This document shows positions 55,751 to 64,000 of a stretch of 64,000 bases of DNA, piece by piece. The DNA is from Nitrospinota bacterium. GTDB taxonomy: Bacteria > Nitrospinota > Nitrospinia > Nitrospinales > VA-1. The stretch is taken from assembly GCA_038108555.1 (NCBI GenBank), contig JAYNIA010000005.1:25071-89070 (forward strand). The letters are read 5' to 3'. A program made the translations under genes and the position numbers. Every line of letters begins with the position of its first letter. Positions within the stretch are counted from its first letter, which is position 1. Under the pieces are notes generated by a model. The model was given only the letters and a program-made list of their open reading frames with translations. It did not search any database and had not been told where the DNA came from.

Positions 55751-57169
55751 CTACTTTGTTTTCTGGCTGACAACATAAATCGCAAAGCTGGATAAGAAAA
55801 ATGCCGGCACCAGTTCATAAATTACTGAATCGGATAAACCGGTAATTTTCCAGATTAGGGTGGTGCTAAACCCTATCAACATTCCTGCAACAGCTCCCTG
55901 AAGTGTGACCTTTTTACCGTAAAGTGTAAACAGGATCAATGGCCCAAAGCTGGCCCCCAACCCGGACCAGGCAAACAGCACAAACCAGAATATGACCCGG
56001 GTTTCTCCCAATGCAATTAGCATTGCGCCCAAACCCAATAAAAGGACGGTCAACCGACTTACGAAAATAATTTTTTCATTCGAAAGGGTTTGCTTGAACA
56101 TTTTGGAATAGACATCATGTGCAACGGATGAAGCGGCCACCAAAATTTGCGCGGAAACGGTAGACATGATGGCAGACAGAACTCCAGTCAAAACGATGGC
56201 CGTCATTAACGTCGGCAATAGCTGTTCTGCCGCTTTGGGGAACAAATGTTCGGGATCTTCCAGTCCTGGGAAAAGGGCTTGCCCGCAAATTCCCAGCAAA
56301 ATTGACGAGGAATAAATGAGCAGCCCCCAACCCAGGGCGATCCACGTCCCCTGCTTAATCGCCTGGGTATTTTTTGCTGCCATGTAACGGGTGACAACAT
56401 GGGGCTGACCGGGATATCCCAATCCGATTCCCAGCAATCCCACCATGGAACCTAAAAAGGCTGCGGTCGATTTGCCTCCCATCCATTCCAAAGTTGCGGG
56501 GGAGGTTTTATTTACTTCCTCCAACATGGGAGAAAATCCACCTAAACTTTGCACCGCCACCAGAGAAACCACCAACAGTCCAAAAACCATGATGAGCCCC
56601 TGAATAAAATCAGTCCAGGCCACTGCGCGAACACCGCCCATCATCGTATAACCCAACACAATCACCCCGCCGATAGAAATACTTAAAACTTGAGGAACAC
56701 CAAAGATGGCATCGAAGGTTTTTCCTATCGCCGTGAATTGTGCAGCCACATAGGCCATCATGCACGAGAAAATAATGACCACAGAAATCATACGCAGGAT
56801 ATGCTTCTCATCGTGGAAACTGTTTTCAATATAATCCGGCAAGGTGACTGCTTTAATTTCTGCAGATCGCTTTCTTAATTTTTCTGCAATGAAAAACCAG
56901 TTGATCAAATAACCCATCAGGCACCCGGGTAAAAACCATATCGCGGAAAGACCTTCCTTATAGGCCAGCCCCACGGTACCCAGAACCGCCCAAGCACTTT
57001 CTGAGCTTGCCGTTGAAGAAATAGCCGTTACCCAGGCTTTTAGGGAACGGTCTGCGAGAAAAAAATCCAGCGGAGAATGAGTCTGTCTCGATGTAGACCA
57101 GCCGATGCCCAGCATAATCAGAACATAGATCAAAAAAACAACTGCAATTGTCCCTGAAAGCTCCGTCAT
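55751..57169 (-). CDS. putP: sodium/proline-type symporter (SSS family)
   Basis: FFLADR, AS..SAW..LG, YTMMGG.RAVAWTDFIQG, LGYPGQPH, SAIMST, AWSGLGASFGP. Confidence 0.85.
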   Translation of the reverse strand: MTELSGTIAVVFLIYVLIMLGIGWSTSRQTHSPLDFFLADRSLKAWVTAISSTASSESAWAVLGTVGLAYKEGLSAIWFLPGCLMGYLINWFFIAEKLRKRSAEIKAVTLPDYIENSFHDEKHILRMISVVIIFSCMMAYVAAQFTAIGKTFDAIFGVPQVLSISIGGVIVLGYTMMGGVRAVAWTDFIQGLIMVFGLLVVSLVAVQSLGGFSPMLEEVNKTSPATLEWMGGKSTAAFLGSMVGLLGIGLGYPGQPHVVTRYMAAKNTQAIKQGTWIALGWGLLIYSSSILLGICGQALFPGLEDPEHLFPKAAEQLLPTLMTAIVLTGVLSAIMSTVSAQILVAASSVAHDVYSKMFKQTLSNEKIIFVSRLTVLLLGLGAMLIALGETRVIFWFVLFAWSGLGASFGPLILFTLYGKKVTLQGAVAGMLIGFSTTLIWKITGLSDSVIYELVPAFFLSSFAIYVVSQKTK

Positions 57170-57299
57170 AGCCGAACCCTTGTCAAAGCCTTTCTAAAAA
57201 ACCAAATATGAATATAAGTTGCCTGCCTCGCTTGAGTGAGGAATGTGTTAGAATTCCTGCTTTTAAACTTTTAGAAAACAACAGGCAACCAATATATAC

Positions 57300-59801
57300 A
57301 TGAATCCTTACGAACCAAACAAAATTGAAGCCAAATGGCAGGACCATTGGGAAAAAAATAAAACCTTCAAAGTCGAGCGCGATTCTTCCAAAAAGAAATT
57401 TTATCTTTTGGAAATGTTCCCCTACCCGTCTGGACGTATCCATATGGGACATGTGAGGAACTACACCATTGGGGATACATTAGCACGATTCAAACGGATG
57501 AAAGGATTCAACGTTATCCATCCCCTGGGTTGGGACGCTTTTGGAATGCCCGCTGAAAATGCCGCAATCAAAAATAATACCCACCCTGCTGAATGGACTT
57601 TTGAAAACATTCGTACCATGCGCAAACAGATCAAAGCGCTTGGACTTAGTTATGACTGGGACCGTGAAATTGCCACCTGTCATCCCGGCTATTACAAATG
57701 GAACCAATGGTTGTTCCTTAAGTTTCTGGAAAAAGGAATCGCTTATCGAAAAAACTCAACCATAAACTGGTGTGAACCCTGCCAAACTGTTTTGGCAAAT
57801 GAACAAGTGGTCGATGGCTTCTGCTGGCGCTGCGACAGCGAGGTTCTTTTAAAGGAACAGGAGGGATGGTTCTTTAAAATAACCGACTATGCCGATCGCC
57901 TTCTGGAAGGATGCAAAAGCCTTTCAGGAAAATGGCCGGAACAAGTACTCACCATGCAGACCAATTGGATTGGTAAAAGTTTCGGTGCCGAAGTTGATTT
58001 CAAAGTCAATGACAGCGACCAGGTCATAAAAATATTTACCACCCGCCCTGACACTTTATACGGTGCCATGTTTATGGTTCTTGCTCCGGAACATCCACTT
58101 ACGACTGAACTCTCACATGGAACGGAACAAGAATCAAACATTGACGCCTTTGTAAAAAAAGTAAAACTACAGGACACCATTGCCCGAACAAGTGAAGGCG
58201 GAGAAAAGGAAGGGGTCTTTACCGGGGCTTATGCTACCAATCCTTTAACCGGAGAATCCATTCCCGTCTGGACAGCAAATTTCGTCCTCATGGATTATGG
58301 GACCGGGGCCATTATGTCTGTTCCCGCTCACGATCAGAGGGATCTGGATTTTGCCCGTAAATACAATCTTCCGGTAAGGGTGGTTATTCAATCAAAAGAT
58401 GAATCGCTCGATGAAAAAACGATGACCAAAGCCTATAGTGCCGATGGGGCCATGATCTATTCTGGCAACTTTGACGGCCTGGCAGGGCAGGAAGCACGCA
58501 GAAAGGTTTGTGAATATCTGGACAAAGAAGGGATCGGCAAAGCCACTGTTAATTTCCGCCTTCGTGACTGGGGAGTTTCCAGACAACGGTATTGGGGCAC
58601 TCCCATCCCTGTTATTCATTGCGACACGTGTGGAATCATCCCGGTACCTTTAGATCAGCTTCCCGTTGAATTGCCTTTGGATGCCCAACTCGGGGAGAAG
58701 GGACAATCCCCTCTTCATACTCTTGAATCGTTTTATAAAGTTGATTGTCCCCAATGTAAGGGGCCAGCCAGAAGGGATACAGATACTCTTGACACGTTTA
58801 TCTGTTCTTCCTGGTATTTCGACCGCTACACCTCACCCCGAAATGAAGATAATCCTTTTAATAAAGAAGACAATGACTACTGGATGCCGGTAGATCAATA
58901 TGTCGGTGGAATTGAACATGCCATTTTGCATTTGCTCTACTCGCGATTTTTTAATCTGGTTCTGAATGATTTGGGATTGATCGAAGCCAAGGAACCTTTC
59001 GACCATCTTTTAACTCAGGGAATGGTAATTAAAGATGGAGCAAAAATGTCCAAGTCGAAAGGCAATGTGGTCGACCCCGATACAATCATCAAGAGCTACG
59101 GGGCGGATACGGCACGGATTTTTATTCTCTTTGCAGCTCCTCCGGTTAAAGACCTGGAGTGGAGCGACCAGGGGGTGGAAGGTTGCTCCCGGTTTCTCAA
59201 ACGTGTCTGGAGGATTTTTTGTGATTTTGTGGACGATGTAAAAACAACCTCTGCTCCCGATGAAAACTTTTCCACATCCATAAAAGAATTAAAAGAATTA
59301 CGAAGAATGACCCATATTTCCATCCGTCGTGTCACCGAGGACATAGAAAAGCGTATGCAGTTCAATACGGCCATTGCTGCAATCATGGAATGGGTCAACC
59401 ACCTCTACCATTTCAAGGAATGGAAGGAAAAACAAAAAGAAATAAATGAGGAAATACAAAAGGTCCTGCGTGAAGCTATGGAATCTCTCATACTCACGCT
59501 CTCTCCTTTCGCCCCCCATATTGCGCAGGAAATGGCCGTCATGCTGAATTTTTCAGATTCTCTGGATAATAAAAAATGGCCCGGGTATAAAGAGGAGCTA
59601 ACCCAAACAGATGAAATATTGATCATCGTTCAGGTCAATGGTAAAGTGAGACAAAAGGTGCAGGTCGCCTCCGACATCAGCGATGAAGATTTAAAATCCC
59701 TCACCCTTGGCGACCCGAGAATCCAGGAATGGACTCAGGACAAGGAAATCAAGAAAGTCATTGTTGTACCCAAAAAACTGGTCAACATCGTTATTAAATG
59801 A
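57300..59801 (+). CDS. leuS: leucyl-tRNA synthetase
   Basis: MFPYPSG.IHMGH, editing motifs TTRPDT and GTGAIMSVPAHDQRD, KMSKS, VQVNGK. Confidence 0.98.
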   Translation: MNPYEPNKIEAKWQDHWEKNKTFKVERDSSKKKFYLLEMFPYPSGRIHMGHVRNYTIGDTLARFKRMKGFNVIHPLGWDAFGMPAENAAIKNNTHPAEWTFENIRTMRKQIKALGLSYDWDREIATCHPGYYKWNQWLFLKFLEKGIAYRKNSTINWCEPCQTVLANEQVVDGFCWRCDSEVLLKEQEGWFFKITDYADRLLEGCKSLSGKWPEQVLTMQTNWIGKSFGAEVDFKVNDSDQVIKIFTTRPDTLYGAMFMVLAPEHPLTTELSHGTEQESNIDAFVKKVKLQDTIARTSEGGEKEGVFTGAYATNPLTGESIPVWTANFVLMDYGTGAIMSVPAHDQRDLDFARKYNLPVRVVIQSKDESLDEKTMTKAYSADGAMIYSGNFDGLAGQEARRKVCEYLDKEGIGKATVNFRLRDWGVSRQRYWGTPIPVIHCDTCGIIPVPLDQLPVELPLDAQLGEKGQSPLHTLESFYKVDCPQCKGPARRDTDTLDTFICSSWYFDRYTSPRNEDNPFNKEDNDYWMPVDQYVGGIEHAILHLLYSRFFNLVLNDLGLIEAKEPFDHLLTQGMVIKDGAKMSKSKGNVVDPDTIIKSYGADTARIFILFAAPPVKDLEWSDQGVEGCSRFLKRVWRIFCDFVDDVKTTSAPDENFSTSIKELKELRRMTHISIRRVTEDIEKRMQFNTAIAAIMEWVNHLYHFKEWKEKQKEINEEIQKVLREAMESLILTLSPFAPHIAQEMAVMLNFSDSLDNKKWPGYKEELTQTDEILIIVQVNGKVRQKVQVASDISDEDLKSLTLGDPRIQEWTQDKEIKKVIVVPKKLVNIVIK

Positions 59802-60322
59802 CCCCAAATAAAAAAAACACCTGCTTTTTTCTCCTTTCAGTTTTCTGTTTGCTTCTTTCAGGCTGTGGTTATCGTCTAGTTGGGACAGGTAGCACACTTC
59901 CTGATCACATTAAGTCGATTCACATTCCCGTCTTTGAAAACACCTCCGCACAACCGGAAATTCACCGGGAACTAACCAGTGAAGTCTTGCAATCTTTTAT
60001 TTCCGACGGACGACTTAAAGTTGTGAAAAAAGCCGAGGCGGATTTGGTTATGGAAGGAACTTTGAGTTACTACAACATCAGGAACGTTTCCTTCAATCCA
60101 CAGGACCTGGTCTCCGACATCATTGTGGAAATCGAGGTACAGGTAAAGGTGATCGATCAGGTAAAAGATAAGATTTTTCTGGAACAGAAAGCAAAAGGCC
60201 AATGGGACTACCAGTCCAGCACCGACCTTGCTGTTGCCGAGCGAAACCGACTGGAAGCTTTGGATCTGGCTTATAACGATATGGGAAACCGTCTCGTCAG
60301 TTTAGTAATTGACCAGTTTTAA
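59798..60322 (+). CDS. lptE: LPS-assembly lipoprotein LptE
   Basis: Lipobox LLSGCGY; conserved leuS-lptE-holA order. Confidence 0.85.
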   Translation: MTPNKKNTCFFLLSVFCLLLSGCGYRLVGTGSTLPDHIKSIHIPVFENTSAQPEIHRELTSEVLQSFISDGRLKVVKKAEADLVMEGTLSYYNIRNVSFNPQDLVSDIIVEIEVQVKVIDQVKDKIFLEQKAKGQWDYQSSTDLAVAERNRLEALDLAYNDMGNRLVSLVIDQF

Positions 60323-60337
60323 ATTCACTCACACATC

Positions 60338-61342
60338 ATGACTCCTGAAGATCTGGACCAGAAAATATCCAGTGGAAAAACGGAACCCTTTTACTTTCTC
60401 TACGGCCCCGAAACTTTCTACCATGTTGAAGCCATTCGATCTCTAACCAATTTATGGATCGATGATGACAACCGGGAATTCAACCTGGAAACGTTTGATG
60501 CCAGAACCAGTACCGTCAACGACTGGCTCGGTTCGGCTAAAACTCTTTCCTTTCTTGGCGGCACCAAACTAGTCATCGTCCGCAACCTGCACGAGGCAAT
60601 TCCAAAAGATGAAGCCGCAGAAGCGCTCATTGATTATTGCAGCGACCCTGTTCCCGATGCCTGTCTCGTAATTACAGCCGACAAGGTGGACCGCAAACGG
60701 AAAATTTTTAAAGCGCTGTGCAAAGTCAAAGGAGCCGTCGCGTGTGAAGCCCCGAAAGAAAATGTGCTGACAAATTGGATTCGCGACCGGGCCAAAAAAC
60801 ACGGTTATTCCATGAATACCAATGCAGCCCGCACCCTGGTAAACCGTGTCGGAGCACGCCCAGGAGTCCTGGCCCAGGAGCTGGAAAAAACCCTCATGTA
60901 TGCAGGAAAAAAGAAATCGGTTTCCGAAGAAGATGTGCAGGAAGTGGTGGGTGAAACCCGGCTGGAAACGATTTTTTCACTGACCGATGCCTTGAAAAAT
61001 AAAAATCCGCACAAGGCCTTACAACTTTTGCATAACCAGTTGGATCACGGGGAAGAACCCATAAAAATTATGGGGACGATTGCCTGGCAGTTCCGGGTGA
61101 TCTGGGAGGTAAAATTCTACCAGCAAAAAAACATTCCCTCAGGCCAAATTGCCAAGGCCATGGGAGCCAATCCATTCGTGGTGGAAAAAGCCCTGCAACA
61201 TACAAAAAACTTCAGCAACCGGCAATTACGAAAAGCCTACCTGCACCTCACAGAAGCGGATCGGAGTTTGAAGTCCACTTCCAAAGATCCCGTGGCTGTG
61301 ATGCAAACCCTCATCCTCGGATTGGCCTCTTCAAGGAATTAG
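60338..61342 (+). CDS. holA: DNA polymerase III delta subunit
   Basis: YFLYGPE, FN, TLSFLG, QELEK, IFSLTDA, AD..LK; synteny with leuS-lptE and rpsT. Confidence 0.94.
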   Translation: MTPEDLDQKISSGKTEPFYFLYGPETFYHVEAIRSLTNLWIDDDNREFNLETFDARTSTVNDWLGSAKTLSFLGGTKLVIVRNLHEAIPKDEAAEALIDYCSDPVPDACLVITADKVDRKRKIFKALCKVKGAVACEAPKENVLTNWIRDRAKKHGYSMNTNAARTLVNRVGARPGVLAQELEKTLMYAGKKKSVSEEDVQEVVGETRLETIFSLTDALKNKNPHKALQLLHNQLDHGEEPIKIMGTIAWQFRVIWEVKFYQQKNIPSGQIAKAMGANPFVVEKALQHTKNFSNRQLRKAYLHLTEADRSLKSTSKDPVAVMQTLILGLASSRN

Positions 61343-61427
61343 CCAGATTTTTTGTTTGGGAATAGAACTCTTTTAAACAAGAGCCCGAACTGGGTGCAGA
61401 AGAAACATTTCCCAGTTACAACCAACG

Positions 61428-61694
61428 TCAGTTGGTGGCGCGGTTGACGAGGCGTGTGAGACTAGAAATTTTGCGGGACGCGGCTCTCGGATGGATGATC
61501 CCTTTCCCACCCACTTTTGCGATCACTTTCTCAGCTCTTTTCAATTCCACCAGAGCTTTTTCCTTGTTCCCGGCCTCAGCTTCGGCGGTTACTTTTTTAG
61601 TAACGGTTCTTACCAGAGTTCGAAAACTTTTGTTTCTTTCGTTACGCTTTGCATTTTGTCGAATGCGCTTTAATGCAGACTTATGATTAGCCAA
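61428..61694 (-). CDS. rpsT: 30S ribosomal protein S20
   Basis: (M)ANHKSALKRIRQ, KGIIH..AASRK; start set to TTG 61694 (AAGGAG upstream). Confidence 0.96.
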   Translation of the reverse strand: MANHKSALKRIRQNAKRNERNKSFRTLVRTVTKKVTAEAEAGNKEKALVELKRAEKVIAKVGGKGIIHPRAASRKISSLTRLVNRATN

Positions 61695-61763
61695 AAAATA
61701 ACTCCTTAAAATGGACGAATTAAACGGTTTCCCCAAAGGGGAAATCTTGATAGAGAATTGATT

Positions 61764-61792
61764 TTTATACTTTATTCCCGGTTCCTTGTCAA
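61764..61792 (-). promoter_or_regulatory. putative sigma70 promoter of rpsT
   Basis: Minus strand TTGACA-17 nt-TATAAA. Confidence 0.7.
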
Positions 61793-62141
61793 GAAGAAGG
61801 CGGCGGAAGGGATTTCAGATGTTCCAGCAAACGGTTGAATTCTTTTTTGAAAGTCTTGTACAGCTCTGGCTGAGGTCGCCACTTCGTCCCGCCCGTTCCA
61901 GCATCAGGGCTGCCTCTCGGGTTGGCCCTGCGCAAATATTCGAAGAAGCCCCTTTTAGGGCATGTGCCCGCTCTTCCACCTCATGGGCATCCCCTGCCTC
62001 CAGGGCATATAATAATTCTTTGGCATGGGTCATGGCATCTTCAAGGTAGGCCTGCACGATTTCGAGGAACAAATCCTCATCGTCATCGCAAAGCTCCATC
62101 GCCGCCTCTTTGTTCAAGACGGGTTCCTGATCCTCAGCCAT
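61789..62141 (-). CDS. Hpt (histidine phosphotransfer) domain protein, apparently frameshifted near 61868
   Basis: AHALKGASSNICA motif. The called frame stops at 61815; the -1 frame continues PELYKTFKKEFNRLLEHLKSLPPPSS* to 61789. Confidence 0.85.
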
Positions 62142-62508
62142 CGGAGGTTCCCAATAATGCGTGGATTTTTTCCATCAAGCGTTTGATGTCGACCGGCTTG
62201 GTATCGTAATCATCACAACCCGCCTTGATGGCTTTGTCCCGGTCCGGTGTCATGGCGTGCGCCGACAAACCCAATACAGGAATCTCTTTGGTCTCCGGGT
62301 TCGCCTTCAACTGCCGCGCCGCCTCCCAACCATCCATAATAGGAAGACTCATGTCCAAAAGAATGAGGGCGGGGGATTCAGAAGTAGCCATGTTGACCCC
62401 TTCCTGGCCATCGACCGCAATCACGACTTCATAGCCTTTTCGTTTGAGTCGTCGCGAAAGCATATCGCGGTTCATTTCATTGTCTTCTACGAGAAGAATC
62501 TTGGTCAT
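62134..62508 (-). CDS. single-domain response regulator (CheY/DivK-like)
   Basis: ILLVEDN, LLDMSLPIMDG, SAHA, AGCD.Y.TKP; overlaps the Hpt start. Confidence 0.95.
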   Translation of the reverse strand: MTKILLVEDNEMNRDMLSRRLKRKGYEVVIAVDGQEGVNMATSESPALILLDMSLPIMDGWEAARQLKANPETKEIPVLGLSAHAMTPDRDKAIKAGCDDYDTKPVDIKRLMEKIHALLGTSDG

Positions 62509-62768
62509 CCAAATGGCCTGAAAATACGACAGTTACAAAATAAAACCCGCATTGTACAACAATTTATTGGGCACGGTAATGATTTAACATTATAAAGAAT
62601 TTTTACCCTATTGTCATAAAAGGTTTATAAATTCTGCAAGCCTATCCATTAAAATATGACCCAAAAAGGCCACCGGACCTCAAAATATCCTTCAAAGGAA
62701 CTGAAATAATGTATCCCTCGAAAAAGGGAAAAGAAAATAAAACCCTCGAACCTGTGTAGCTGACTTAT

Positions 62769-63683
62769 ATGACTACTGAAATACAATCCGCGTACCTGGC
62801 TCCAGAAGGGTTGATGGAGCTTCTTAAAAAAGAAGTGGATGGAATGGTTGCTGTCCATGACCGACTAATCCTTTCCAGCGAACCTTTTATCAAAGCCCAT
62901 TGGGCACAAAACATCTGGAAGAATCCCATCACACTGTCTATTGACTCAATAAATGACGGCGCGAAGCAATTGAAATCCATTCAACGCAACTGGTGTCTCT
63001 ATTCTTTCACGCTGCATAGGCGCGCCAAACTCATTGAAGAAAAACTGAACTCGCGCGCACAGAACCCCCTTCCCTTTCCCGCCACCATTCCCAAAGTGGC
63101 TTTGGGCAGTTGGTGCCTGCTTGATGAAAATACACTGCTGGCGTCTTCCGATTGTTCGAGTCCGTTCCCAAACGGCGAACCGGAATTCATCGAAGACAAA
63201 AAAGGTCCCCCGAACCGCGCGTACCTGAAACTTTACGAGGCTTTGACCCTTGCAGGGAAAACTCCAAAAGCGGGAGACTTCTGTATCGATATCGGCGGCA
63301 GTCCGGGCGGCTGGGCGTGGGTGATCCAGAAATGCGATGCGGAGGTTCTCAGTATCGACCGCTCGCCATTGGATCAAAAAGTTTCCCGGCTAAAGGGGGT
63401 ATTGTTTGAAAAGAGAGATGCGTTCTCTGTACTCCCCGACGAGTTTGCAGGGAGAAAAGTCGACTGGCTGTTTTCGGATGTGATCTGTTTTCCGGAAAAA
63501 CTTTACGATTGGTTAAGGGTGTGGATCGATTCAGGAGTCTGCAAAAATTTCATTTGCACGATCAAGTTCAAAGGCGAACCGGAAATAGAGATTATTAAAA
63601 AATTCGCCGCCATTCCCAAAAGCAAAGTGGTTCATCTGTTTCACAACAAAAACGAACTGACTTTTATTAAGTTAAAAACTTAA
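62769..63683 (+). CDS. RrmJ/FtsJ-family 2'-O-ribose methyltransferase, RlmM-like
   Basis: PNRAYLKLYEA, DIGGSPGGW, DWLFSDV, TIKF, HNKNELT (K-D-K-E tetrad). Confidence 0.85.
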   Translation: MTTEIQSAYLAPEGLMELLKKEVDGMVAVHDRLILSSEPFIKAHWAQNIWKNPITLSIDSINDGAKQLKSIQRNWCLYSFTLHRRAKLIEEKLNSRAQNPLPFPATIPKVALGSWCLLDENTLLASSDCSSPFPNGEPEFIEDKKGPPNRAYLKLYEALTLAGKTPKAGDFCIDIGGSPGGWAWVIQKCDAEVLSIDRSPLDQKVSRLKGVLFEKRDAFSVLPDEFAGRKVDWLFSDVICFPEKLYDWLRVWIDSGVCKNFICTIKFKGEPEIEIIKKFAAIPKSKVVHLFHNKNELTFIKLKT

Positions 63684-63723
63684 TTCTTTTATTAACCGTT
63701 TGCCAAATTCAAAAAAATAAATT

Positions 63724-63820
63724 TTCCCCTCCCTTTATAGGGAGGGGCTAGGGAAGGGTTGGATCATATTTTGCGGGCAAATCCACACCCCTCCTGGCCT
63801 CCCCTCATGAGAGGGAGGAA
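63724..63820. repeat. BoxC/REP-like imperfect inverted repeat of two purine/pyrimidine-tract hairpins between convergent genes
   Basis: CCCCTCCCT-ttat-AGGGAGGGG plus tail CTAGGGAAGGGT, then an inverted degenerate copy ACCCCTCCTGG-CCTCCCCTC-atga-GAGGGAGG. Confidence 0.75.
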
Positions 63821-63829
63821 TGTTTTTAT

Positions 63830-64000
63830 TTATACTTGCTTAGCCAGTTTGGCAATACCGATGGCGGCACTCAGGATATCCCGCTGATCGTTTTGCTTCG
63901 CCAGCGCCACCGCTTCATCGTGGCAGGTTTGAAAGGCTTCCATATTTCCTTCAATCAAATGCAGTGCGGTGGAAGAAAACAACGGTTGCAGAATTTTCAT
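63830..64000 (-). CDS. 3' part of a helical hypothetical protein running off the right edge
   Basis: Open frame from the window edge: ...KILQPLFSSTALHLIEGNMEAFQTCHDEAVALAKQNDQRDILSAAIGIAKLAKQV*. Confidence 0.6.
   Translation of the reverse strand: MKILQPLFSSTALHLIEGNMEAFQTCHDEAVALAKQNDQRDILSAAIGIAKLAKQV

Noticed and set aside
61343..61427. Intrinsic terminator between convergent holA and rpsT
   Set aside because: Only a 7-bp stem (AACTGGG/CCCAGTT) with a 16-nt loop and no clear U-tract; too weak to call.

Overview
Bacterial core-genome window (standard code 11; tRNA-Trp is CCA). No mobile element, CRISPR array, prophage or rRNA is visible. The protein sequences look like a Gram-negative lineage outside the well-studied Proteobacteria; my impression is Nitrospinota, unverified. 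The centre is an uninterrupted ~31-kb minus-strand superoperon: tRNA Thr-Tyr-Gly-Thr, rpmG, tRNA-Trp, secE-nusG-rplKAJL-rpoBC, str, S10, spc and alpha clusters, ending at rplQ. rpmD (L30), map and the second tuf copy are absent from their usual positions. The left flank has pcrA/uvrD, hemE-hemH, queG, an HDAC-family deacetylase, an SxtK/DUF5989-like microprotein with a GT2, and rho-rpmE-prfA-prmC-murA-waaF. The right flank has lpxK, two tandem waaA paralogues, a hybrid histidine kinase, putP, leuS-lptE-holA, rpsT, a REC+Hpt pair and an RlmM-like methyltransferase. I found no clearly new multi-gene system. The most unusual signals are: (1) RpoB carries a 26-aa insert matching the RpoC N-terminal zinc-binding domain without gaps (13/26 identical), next to a second inserted module; (2) the second WaaA paralogue has altered conserved motifs; (3) the Hpt gene appears frameshifted; (4) the kinase PAS domain has a Cys cluster; (5) a BoxC/REP-like palindrome lies near the right end. 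All assignments are from motif recognition by eye; no searches were run.
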